A stretch of 64,000 nucleotides of DNA from an uncultured Candidatus Saccharibacteria bacterium (GTDB taxonomy: Bacteria; Patescibacteriota; Minisyncoccia; Phycocordibacterales; UBA2100). The position numbers and the translations under genes were made by a program. The notes under the pieces are model-generated. The model was not told where the DNA came from. It saw only the letters and a list, made by a program, of their open reading frames with translations, and did no database searches. Below are positions 56,858 to 64,000 of the stretch, one piece after another. The DNA lies in contig CAYNRJ010000002.1 in NCBI GenBank assembly GCA_964399865.1, positions 161,108 to 225,107 of the forward strand, given 5' to 3'. The number at the start of each line of letters is the position of its first letter. Position 1 is the first letter of the stretch.

Positions 56858-57661
56858 ATGAGCAAAAATCAATTAACCCGAGTTCAACATTTTGTTCCGA
56901 GATTCATTCTAAAAAGATTTATTAGTTCAGGTAAGTTCAAGTTGGTTGATAAGAGATACGAAAAGTCCTCCCAGAGAACTCCCAAAGGGAGTATGTATAA
57001 GGAATATTTTTATGAACACGATGATTTTAACCCAAATGAAGTTGAGGATCTGCTCGCATCAAGAGAGGGTATATATGCTCCGATAATTGAAAAAATAATT
57101 TCAAGACAGGAACTTACTCTCAAAGAGCATCGGACGCTAATAGAATTTCGACATATCACATACTACAGATCAAATGAGTTTATAGGTTTCCATACATACA
57201 AGAAAAATAGAGGAGAGAGAAGCTCTGACCAAAGACTAGATTGGTTACGGATTAATGGAATATTTGGCTCCGATATCACAGATAAAAACATCAAAAGGTC
57301 TCAGCTTAAAGCTATCCAGAGCGTTATTAGTAAAAAAGATTCGGCTTATCAGATAAGTTCGGTTACCCCAATATGTCTTGTCGCTATAGCGAAAGACAGA
57401 AAGTTTGTTATTGGTGACAATGGTTCTATTTCAATGGGAGATGAATTTGAAGGAATGACGGTTATTGTCATATCGCCAACTCATGCCCTCGCTTTTCCAC
57501 GAGCAAGTACAGCACTTGAATTGATGAAAAAGATTGGAGTTACCAGCCAAACATCTACGATTGTGCGTTTAGAGATTGATAACGACCTCGTTGATACACT
57601 TAATGAGCGTATTGTTGATAATGCCTTCGAGTATTATATTGACCCGAACGCCCGTGCGTAG
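56858..57661 (+). CDS. DUF4238-like protein
   Basis: N-terminus VQHFVPRFILKRF resembles the DUF4238 H-h-V-P-x-F-h-L-k-x-F motif. Sits 6 nt downstream of the preceding gene. Confidence 0.5.
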   Translation: MSKNQLTRVQHFVPRFILKRFISSGKFKLVDKRYEKSSQRTPKGSMYKEYFYEHDDFNPNEVEDLLASREGIYAPIIEKIISRQELTLKEHRTLIEFRHITYYRSNEFIGFHTYKKNRGERSSDQRLDWLRINGIFGSDITDKNIKRSQLKAIQSVISKKDSAYQISSVTPICLVAIAKDRKFVIGDNGSISMGDEFEGMTVIVISPTHALAFPRASTALELMKKIGVTSQTSTIVRLEIDNDLVDTLNERIVDNAFEYYIDPNARA

Positions 57662-57669
57662 GATAAAAG

Positions 57670-57696
57670 AGTTCCAATATCGTCCATGACCCCCAG
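57670..57696 (+). repeat. intergenic direct repeat copy 1 (aGTTCCAAyATCGTCCATGACCCCCAG family)
   Basis: agttccaatatcgtccatgacccccag, ~25 nt upstream of the 57720 ATG. Confidence 0.5.
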
Positions 57697-57719
57697 TTAA
57701 TAAAGAATCAAAAAAGATT

Positions 57720-57971
57720 ATGGAATTATCTGAAAACCAATGTCCAAGTTGTGCCTATGATCTTGGTTTTAGGGCATGGGATAGCGAATCGCCTTCTTTG
57801 GAGATATGTCCGTCATGTGGAATTCAATTTGGTTATGACGATATGGCCGGCGGAGATGTTCAGAAAAGAAAGAAGCTTTATGTGAATTGGAAAGCAGCTT
57901 GGAACGCAAACGAAAGACAGCCCCTCAATAAACGGCAGATCCTAGATGTTATAAACGCTAGTTTGATTTAG
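57720..57971 (+). CDS. small zinc-ribbon protein
   Basis: CPSCAY...CPSCG motifs. Confidence 0.45.
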   Translation: MELSENQCPSCAYDLGFRAWDSESPSLEICPSCGIQFGYDDMAGGDVQKRKKLYVNWKAAWNANERQPLNKRQILDVINASLI

Positions 57972-57974
57972 AAT

Positions 57975-58001
57975 AGTTCCAACATCGTCCATGACCCCCA
58001 G
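57975..58001 (+). repeat. intergenic direct repeat copy 2
   Basis: agttccaacatcgtccatgacccccag, followed by cggtatact (58005-58012) and the dgkA ATG at 58020, a leaderless arrangement. Confidence 0.55.
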
Positions 58002-58019
58002 CACGGTATACTGATTTTT

Positions 58020-58364
58020 ATGAAGTACTGGATTAAGCGATTGTCGCATCCGTTTCGAGGATTGTATTATGCATTCACCCACGACAGTGCAATCCAAATC
58101 GAAACAGTTCTCGCTATAGTAGGCCTGCCAACTGTTTATTTCTTATTCAACCTTTCTGAAAGTGAATTACTATTACTGGTATTCTGTTGGTTTTTTGTAA
58201 TGGTTGCCGAGCTTCAGAACTCAGCAATTGAAATAGCACTTACTAAAATTCACCCTGAGCACGACGAGGCGATTGGGCGTAGCAAGGATCTCGCTTCAGC
58301 GGCGGTGGTCTGGGCAGCAACTTTTGGACTCGTGTGCCTTGCATTCGTGATTTTTAATAATTAG
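58020..58364 (+). CDS. dgkA: diacylglycerol kinase / undecaprenol kinase family protein
   Basis: VMVAELQNSAIEIALTKIHPEHDEAIGRSKDLASAAV matches the DgkA E-x-x-N-(T/S)-A-I-E motif. Three TM helices. Confidence 0.8.
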   Translation: MKYWIKRLSHPFRGLYYAFTHDSAIQIETVLAIVGLPTVYFLFNLSESELLLLVFCWFFVMVAELQNSAIEIALTKIHPEHDEAIGRSKDLASAAVVWAATFGLVCLAFVIFNN

Positions 58365-58373
58365 CATAGGAAA

Positions 58374-58395
58374 ATTCCAAACTCGTCCATGATCC
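58374..58395 (+). repeat. intergenic direct repeat copy 3 (degenerate)
   Basis: attccaaactcgtccatgatcc. Confidence 0.4.
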
Positions 58396-58410
58396 TTAAC
58401 GGTTGATTTT

Positions 58411-58836
58411 ATGAAAGCAACACCTGCTCTAATACCGGAATGTAAAGTTAGGGATTTTGAGAAAAGCATAGACTTCTATACTCGATTGGCCGAATTCAAA
58501 GTTTTGTACGATAGGCCAGAAGAGAAATTTGCGATGCTCGATAGAGATGGTGCGAGGCTTATGATCGAACTCCTGGAAGCTCAGGACAGGTGGGCAGTTG
58601 GCAAGCGAGAGTATCCGCTTGGCCAGGGGATTAATTTTCAAATTGAAGTAGAGAACGTTGAGGCACTATATAAGAATTTTAATGATGCAATATATCCGAT
58701 ATTCTTTGAGATGGAAGAGAAGTGGTATCGTCGAGTCGACGTGGAGGTCGGTAATCGGCAGTTCTTAGTACAAGATCCTGATGGGTATCTCTTGCGCTTC
58801 TTCCAAGATTTAGGTGCTAGACTGATCCAGAAATAA
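58411..58836 (+). CDS. glyoxalase/bleomycin-resistance (VOC) family protein
   Basis: Paired beta-alpha-beta-beta-beta modules and overall similarity to the bleomycin-resistance/glyoxalase I fold. Confidence 0.7.
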   Translation: MKATPALIPECKVRDFEKSIDFYTRLAEFKVLYDRPEEKFAMLDRDGARLMIELLEAQDRWAVGKREYPLGQGINFQIEVENVEALYKNFNDAIYPIFFEMEEKWYRRVDVEVGNRQFLVQDPDGYLLRFFQDLGARLIQK

Positions 58837-58905
58837 TTGAAGCTTCGGGTCAGATCCCAATCCTCAGCGAATCAAAACACAACGATTTCTTGATATAGTG
58901 TATTT

Positions 58906-59205
58906 ATGGAGAAAATCCGAGCCAAAGGTTTGGAATCCAAGCTATCTTACTCTGATGAGCAGATGGCCCTAGTTCGTGTGCTCGTGCAAGATGAAGCGTG
59001 CAGCACCGAAATGCTCAATCAACTTACAGGAATTCCTATCGGCTCGATCAGTGGTTTGTGTAAAAAACTCGATATCGAACGTCCTCTTAATTTCGGCGGA
59101 GGAAAAACAGGAGCCATACGTCGCGCGCGAGCGATGCCTCTTATAAGGAGAAAATACGGAGCGCAAATAGAGGCGCTTTTTGGAGTTAAGAATGACTTAG
59201 AATAA
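58906..59205 (+). CDS. hypothetical protein (99 aa)
   Basis: ORF only. Possible HTH. Confidence 0.4.
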   Translation: MEKIRAKGLESKLSYSDEQMALVRVLVQDEACSTEMLNQLTGIPIGSISGLCKKLDIERPLNFGGGKTGAIRRARAMPLIRRKYGAQIEALFGVKNDLE

Positions 59206-59209
59206 GCAT

Positions 59210-59253
59210 AGCTCCAACATCGCCTCTCTATGGAGGCAGGTCCATGACCCCGG
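59210..59253 (+). repeat. intergenic direct repeat copy 4 (with a 17-nt insertion)
   Basis: agctccaacatcgcc[tctctatggaggcagg]tccatgaccccgg, followed by tggtacaat (59269-77) and the ATG at 59284. Confidence 0.45.
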
Positions 59254-59283
59254 TACGAACGAAGCAAATGGTACAATTCCGAC

Positions 59284-59823
59284 ATGACTGAACTTGATCA
59301 AAAAGGGCAGGAAGAGTTCGTGTTTGATTTCCTCGTGAAGCATCCGCTCGCGACCCTCAGCACCGTTTCTCCAATCGACGAACCTGACTCCGCGGTCGTA
59401 TACACAAGGGTAAAGAGTGATCTCACGTGCTATTTCGGCACGCGCTCGAATACTGAAAAGGTTACGAACATCACTCAAAATCCCAGTGTTGCCTTGATGA
59501 TAGCGGACGAGCAGAGTCTTGAGACAGTACAGCTCCGTGGTACGGCAAGCGTCGTTACCTCGCCGGAAGAAGTCCATGAAGTAATGGAAGCTCTACGCAA
59601 CATTACGGATAAAGAGAAATCAAAATGGATGGGGTACACAGAGAAGTTATCTCGAGGTGCCTTTAAGTTTGACGTATCGCGCTGGATGCCTCCTGTAGGG
59701 CAACTTGAGGGCGGATCGTATGTGTTCATTAAGGTAGTGCCGAAATCCTTGCGCTATCGACGCTATGATTCCGATTGGAAGACGGGGAAGAAGTATACAG
59801 AGTATCTGATACAGAAAGCGTAA
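59284..59823 (+). CDS. pyridoxamine 5'-phosphate oxidase-like FMN-binding protein
   Basis: Split-barrel PNPOx-like pattern (general stress protein 26 family). Confidence 0.6.
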   Translation: MTELDQKGQEEFVFDFLVKHPLATLSTVSPIDEPDSAVVYTRVKSDLTCYFGTRSNTEKVTNITQNPSVALMIADEQSLETVQLRGTASVVTSPEEVHEVMEALRNITDKEKSKWMGYTEKLSRGAFKFDVSRWMPPVGQLEGGSYVFIKVVPKSLRYRRYDSDWKTGKKYTEYLIQKA

Positions 59824-59830
59824 AGTAGGC

Positions 59831-60169
59831 ATGCGTATCTGGGATATTCATCCAAAGCATCTGTGCCGCAAGCATCTCCTTGGGGAACATCGAGAGCTCC
59901 ATGGCTTGTGGAACATTCTGACCAAACACAACGGAAAGGGTGGATATTCACATCATCCAGAGACTCGAAGGTGGGTAGGAAAAACTCGCGCGCTCTATGC
60001 GCGGCATGAAGCACTTGTTATAGAAATGACTCGTCGAGGATATGTCCATCGGTCTCCTCTAGATAAGCGACTCGCGAGGGGAAGTGGTGATCAGAAAGTT
60101 CTCATCGATTCAATCCCTGCACAGAAGATCCGTTTGAATCAGAAGCCTTGTGATTGCAGATTCGACTGA
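59831..60169 (+). CDS. pyrimidine-dimer DNA glycosylase (T4 endonuclease V/DenV-like)
   Basis: HLLGEHRELHGLWNILTKHNGKGGYSHHPE aligns with the DenV L..HL..EYRELP region. Confidence 0.65.
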   Translation: MRIWDIHPKHLCRKHLLGEHRELHGLWNILTKHNGKGGYSHHPETRRWVGKTRALYARHEALVIEMTRRGYVHRSPLDKRLARGSGDQKVLIDSIPAQKIRLNQKPCDCRFD

Positions 60170-60821
60170 ACTCGTCTATGTGTACATTTCGGAGAACCCC
60201 TTATGTCTCAGTAAACATGGTATTTTACTGAGGATGGGTCTTGACTCACAACCGCAAAGAAGTTTGGATTTGGAACAGACAGAGCAGGAGCGCATTTTTA
60301 ATGAGCTTACGGACGGTGTTAAAAACGATGAGGGATTCAAGAAATTCCTCGGACCTGAATATCGCGACCTCGACGAGGCGATCGGCCCATTGATATATTC
60401 GCTATGGAAGAAACAGCTGGTGAAGACCAGGGCAAGTTGTTCCGGTCACGTAGGGCCTTCGCATTTAGATGCTGGAAGAGCTGTGACGCCAGGCAATTTC
60501 GTATATCGAAATGGATATATTCTGTTTGAAGATATGGATGAGGAACGCACGGAGAAATTCTTCCAGCTAGTTGAGAGACTCAGAAGCGAATATCCTTTCA
60601 TATCAATCCAAAAAAGTGACAAACAGCCAGAGTGGAAGAGTCATACAGTGAAACTTTTGATGGATGATATCGCTGTTATCACAAAACTTCCTGTACCAGA
60701 AACCTCATGGCCTCGTGAGGTAAAGGAAATTCCGATTCCGCTTGCTGAAGAGCGATTCAAGCTCTTTCGTGAGGCGTGGAAGAAGCTTGCACTTGAAGTG
60801 ATGCGTACGTCCGCTGAATAG
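60150..60821 (+). CDS. hypothetical protein
   Basis: ORF only. Confidence 0.4.
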   Translation: MIADSTELVYVYISENPLCLSKHGILLRMGLDSQPQRSLDLEQTEQERIFNELTDGVKNDEGFKKFLGPEYRDLDEAIGPLIYSLWKKQLVKTRASCSGHVGPSHLDAGRAVTPGNFVYRNGYILFEDMDEERTEKFFQLVERLRSEYPFISIQKSDKQPEWKSHTVKLLMDDIAVITKLPVPETSWPREVKEIPIPLAEERFKLFREAWKKLALEVMRTSAE

Positions 60822-60847
60822 CTAGATCACTAGTGTAGAATACGAAG

Positions 60848-61168
60848 ATGGGGATTTTCAGAAAATACGTGGAATATGCGAACGATAATCCACAGGGGTT
60901 GTGGTTCAAGAAGAGGCCATTCGGGTGGGGATGGGTCCCAGTAAAAAAACAAGGGTGGGCAGTACTCGGATTGTATATTCTTGCAGTTACTTTTTTTGCT
61001 CTAACAATCGACGAGAATTCGTCGACGAGAGAAGTCATATTTACTTTTCTCCTTCCTGTCGCCTTACTCACCGCCACACTTATTAGGATTTGCTACATGA
61101 AGGGCGAGAGACCGACGTGGTCTTGGGGGTTTCCTGATACTGATAATAAAGACGGACTGTCACAATAG
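60848..61168 (+). CDS. hypothetical small membrane protein
   Basis: Two TM helices. Confidence 0.4.
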   Translation: MGIFRKYVEYANDNPQGLWFKKRPFGWGWVPVKKQGWAVLGLYILAVTFFALTIDENSSTREVIFTFLLPVALLTATLIRICYMKGERPTWSWGFPDTDNKDGLSQ

Positions 61169-61181
61169 AAAAGCAGGGACG

Positions 61182-61880
61182 TTAGTCCCTGCTCAGTATC
61201 GGCCACCTGGTTTCGTTCGGGTCGATCGGACCCCACGCGGTCCACTTTGTCACGCCGCAATCGTCGTGTTCACGAACGATGTCCGGAGGCCACAGCGGCT
61301 CCTGGAGGTCGACCCTGACCTCGAAGATCGCTGCATAGCTCCACCACCCCGCGAACACCTTTGATTCGCGACGTTCGAACCGTGGCGCGACCGCGGAAGC
61401 AAAGTCAATTGCCGCAGGCTCCTCCACCATTCCGAGTTCTTCTTGGAGGCCTCCGAGAACCGCCGCGCGAAGCGTCTCGTTCGTTCGAACCGTTTCAGTA
61501 ATAGCGTACGGTTTCGTCGATTCGAGGAGGAGCTTCTTCCTCGGGTAGAATGATCGAATATGCCGCAGTTGCAGGTCCTTCCTTCGGCACGTGATAATTA
61601 CCGCAGCTGTTTTCCGGAACGTGAATGGTCGGGAATAGACATCGTCATACCCCAGCTTCACGTCCCCATCGTTCCATTCTCGAAGAAGATCTTCCGGCGG
61701 CTTCAGGCTGTCGGAAATGAACTTCTCAATATTAACGCCGAGGGACCTCGCGTGAGCAAGAAGGTCTTCGAAGGTCTTGGGCGGTGTTTCTTCCCGCCGC
61801 AGCATGGTCTCGATGCCTTTGATCTCCAAATCACGCGCAAAGTTCTCGAGCAGTTCATCCAAGGTTCTATCGTTGTTCAT
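61182..61880 (-). CDS. hypothetical protein (possible degenerate NUDIX-like)
   Basis: GGLQEELGMVE resembles part of a Nudix box. Weak. Confidence 0.35.
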   Translation of the reverse strand: MNNDRTLDELLENFARDLEIKGIETMLRREETPPKTFEDLLAHARSLGVNIEKFISDSLKPPEDLLREWNDGDVKLGYDDVYSRPFTFRKTAAVIITCRRKDLQLRHIRSFYPRKKLLLESTKPYAITETVRTNETLRAAVLGGLQEELGMVEEPAAIDFASAVAPRFERRESKVFAGWWSYAAIFEVRVDLQEPLWPPDIVREHDDCGVTKWTAWGPIDPNETRWPILSRD

Positions 61881-61954
61881 GGCGGCTCCTTTCCACGTCT
61901 GGAGTCACCCCGTCTCCACAGGTAGCGTACTTATAGAAACCGTTTATGCAAGCG

Positions 61955-63991
61955 TCACAATTCGGGAATTGCGCGGCGGAGATCGCTTAGTCCAGCAGGC
62001 TTCACAATGTAATCGTCAAACCCTGCGGCCGTACTTGCCGGAGAGTTTTTGTCCGCACTGTACCCTGTGAGCGCGATGACCCGCCCTATAAATCCTTGAT
62101 CGCGGAGGGTACGTGAGACTTCGTATCCAGTTATATCAGGTAGACCAATGTCCAGGAGGATGACATCTGGTGAATCACGGAGAGCGCGTTGGATAGTTTG
62201 CCTCCCGTTATATGCGTAGGAAATGATACAGCCCTGGAGTTCGAGAAGTCGACCGATGCCTCCCGCCGCTGCGTCGTTATCATCCGCAACGAGTATTCGG
62301 AGTGCGCGCGAAGCAGGGGAATTTTCGAGTAACTCCGGTGCCCCCACTCCATCCTTCGTGATTTTTTCGGAAGGTGAGGCAAGCGGGAGTCGCACGATAA
62401 AGCGGCTTCCCTTATCTTTCCCCTTACTTTCCGCGGTGACACTTCCCCCGTGACCTTCGACAAAATTCTTTACCAACGCTAATCCGATCCCGAGCCCCTG
62501 TTTGGTGCGCTCCCCTTGTTCAACTTGTTGGAATGGCATGAAAATCGATTCAAGCATTTTCTGCTCAAGACCGATGCCCTCGTCACTAATCTCAACTTCC
62601 GCCTTGTCGTCTACTTTGCGAACCGTCACGCGTATGGTGTCCCCGGCATTCGAATATTTTGATGCATTCGTGAGGAGATTAGAAAATACTTGCTCTATGC
62701 GCACGGCGTCGCCAATGATGCGGGCAGAAGTATCTGCGCCCTTGAATATAAGACGTTGGTGCAGTTCGTGCCGATGATGTTCGGTAGAGACAACAGCATT
62801 TTTGATCGCAGCGATAAGATCAATATTCTCTCGAGCTAAACGCACCTTACTTTCAGAAATTCGCGAGACGTCCAGTAGGTCATCTAGATGCCTTCTTACT
62901 ATATCCATCCGCTCACTCATTGTTGTGAGTGTTTCGATCTCGCTCGTATCCCGGCCGCCTTTAAGCTTAAGGAATTCGATACCGGAGAGGACGGGCGCAA
63001 GAGGGTTGCGTAATTCGTGTGCGAGAATCGCAATGAAATCATTCTTCGCTCTCGACTCAGAACTGACTCTTGCGAGCGCGTTTTTAAGCGTAAATAGTTG
63101 CGATTGGATCAAATTACTATTTACGCGACGATCTTCTTGGAGGGAAACAATGATATAGAAGATTACCGCGAGCGCGATAAGTAAGAGTTCTACCTCATAC
63201 AGGAGATGCGGTGTTACATCTATCGGCGCAGTTGTGAGTATCGTACCCATGATTGCACATATTGAGGTGATGACGATCGCGAGTGTAACGAAGCGGGGTC
63301 GTAAGCGAAGAGCAATCCAGAAAAGCGGCACGAGTAGAAAATAGAGAAGCGAGATCCCAAATACTTCCTCCGTGTCATCGAGGAAATAGACGAGGTTAAT
63401 TGAAATGAGAATGGCGAAAACGGCTAGGATCTCGATTATCTCTGCGGGATGGCGTATGAAATGACGCTTTGAGAACCAGCGGAGAATGAGTGGCGTAACG
63501 GTAAGGATGGAAAATAATGTCGCGACATATGTGTATCCCCACATTGAGAACGAATATGAAATACCACCGAGGATGCTCACTAGTCCAACGAGTGTCGGAT
63601 AGATGAGCGAAATTACAAGAGTGATAGCGACCACGTATCCCATGTCACGCGTACGTCGAAAAATAGGATCAATGCCGACACGACGCAAAAGAGCTGCTCC
63701 AAGTATTGCTTGGAGTGTCGCTCCGATAGGAAGGGCGAATCCATAAGGCTCGGGTACTCCACCGATTATGACGGATAGCGAGGATACTGCTGCTACAACA
63801 GGCCAGAGTCGTAATCCGCCTAAGAAAAGGGCGCCTATCGCTATTCCGTATTCCGGGCGGATATGGGAGTTGAGAGGCAAGAAAGAACTCGACGCGTAGC
63901 TCACCGCTAGATAGGAAATGAAGAGCGCGAAGGCCGTCACCCACTCGTGCTTGTCGTAAAAAGATAAGAACCGAAGGAATCTGGGGTGCAT
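61955..63991 (-). CDS. hybrid sensor histidine kinase/response regulator with an N-terminal multi-TM sensor domain
   Basis: HisKA H-box ILAHELRNPL, HATPase_c N/G boxes and a C-terminal receiver ILVADDN...DVILLDIGLPD. Confidence 0.85.
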   Translation of the reverse strand: MHPRFLRFLSFYDKHEWVTAFALFISYLAVSYASSSFLPLNSHIRPEYGIAIGALFLGGLRLWPVVAAVSSLSVIIGGVPEPYGFALPIGATLQAILGAALLRRVGIDPIFRRTRDMGYVVAITLVISLIYPTLVGLVSILGGISYSFSMWGYTYVATLFSILTVTPLILRWFSKRHFIRHPAEIIEILAVFAILISINLVYFLDDTEEVFGISLLYFLLVPLFWIALRLRPRFVTLAIVITSICAIMGTILTTAPIDVTPHLLYEVELLLIALAVIFYIIVSLQEDRRVNSNLIQSQLFTLKNALARVSSESRAKNDFIAILAHELRNPLAPVLSGIEFLKLKGGRDTSEIETLTTMSERMDIVRRHLDDLLDVSRISESKVRLARENIDLIAAIKNAVVSTEHHRHELHQRLIFKGADTSARIIGDAVRIEQVFSNLLTNASKYSNAGDTIRVTVRKVDDKAEVEISDEGIGLEQKMLESIFMPFQQVEQGERTKQGLGIGLALVKNFVEGHGGSVTAESKGKDKGSRFIVRLPLASPSEKITKDGVGAPELLENSPASRALRILVADDNDAAAGGIGRLLELQGCIISYAYNGRQTIQRALRDSPDVILLDIGLPDITGYEVSRTLRDQGFIGRVIALTGYSADKNSPASTAAGFDDYIVKPAGLSDLRRAIPEL

Positions 63992-64000
63992 AGAACGTAA

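Noticed and set aside
1-64000. CRISPR array
   Set aside because: No run of regularly spaced identical 25-40 nt repeats was seen. The only multi-copy repeats (57.6-59.3 kb) are separated by whole genes, not by spacer-sized units.

Overview
This 64 kb window looks like part of a small, compact bacterial genome, probably a Candidate Phyla Radiation/Patescibacteria-type organism. That guess is an inference from the short rpoB (1066 aa) and short valS (753 aa), the hingeless SMC, the many leaderless genes and the tRNAs with encoded CCA.

The first ~33 kb is housekeeping:
- rnhB, rpmF, a NusB-NUDIX fusion, rnc, a 740 aa SMC, rpsP, a KH-domain protein and trmD
- rpoB-rpoC, dnaG-rpoD
- valS, tsaD, tRNA-Val, tsaC, a CBS-less IMPDH-family enzyme, tgt and tRNA-Gln

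Immediately after tRNA-Gln(CUG) a large serine recombinase opens a ~20 kb accessory region that looks like an integrated element (degraded prophage or satellite-like). Its contents are:
- a copper/oxidative-folding cargo: two DsbA paralogs, DsbB, a NirK-like multicopper oxidase, CsoR, CopA, an HMA-membrane protein and a disrupted cytochrome b5
- terminase small and large subunits
- two DNA methyltransferases, one fused to a ParB-like domain
- a LexA/CI-like S24 repressor

Tightly coupled downstream of that repressor are three genes arranged like lambda cI-rexA-rexB: DUF2188, a TIR-like (DUF1863) protein and a 4-TM membrane protein. This is the best candidate for an undescribed abortive-infection/defence module. 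An AT-rich HEPN/Abi-like plus DUF4238-like gene pair follows. Beyond it lies a run of small cargo genes (dgkA, a glyoxalase, a DenV-like glycosylase and others), several preceded by a repeated ~27-nt element.

Other sequence-level observations:
- A GC-rich, highly structured ~300-nt transcript on the minus strand at 19.55-19.87 kb, with its own terminator, has no convincing ORF.
- Two copies of a long hairpin repeat show compensatory stem changes.
- A recurring extended -10 motif (TGGTATACT) sits 6-10 nt upstream of several start codons, implying leaderless mRNAs.

Hand-derived coordinates for small features may be off by 1-2 nt.
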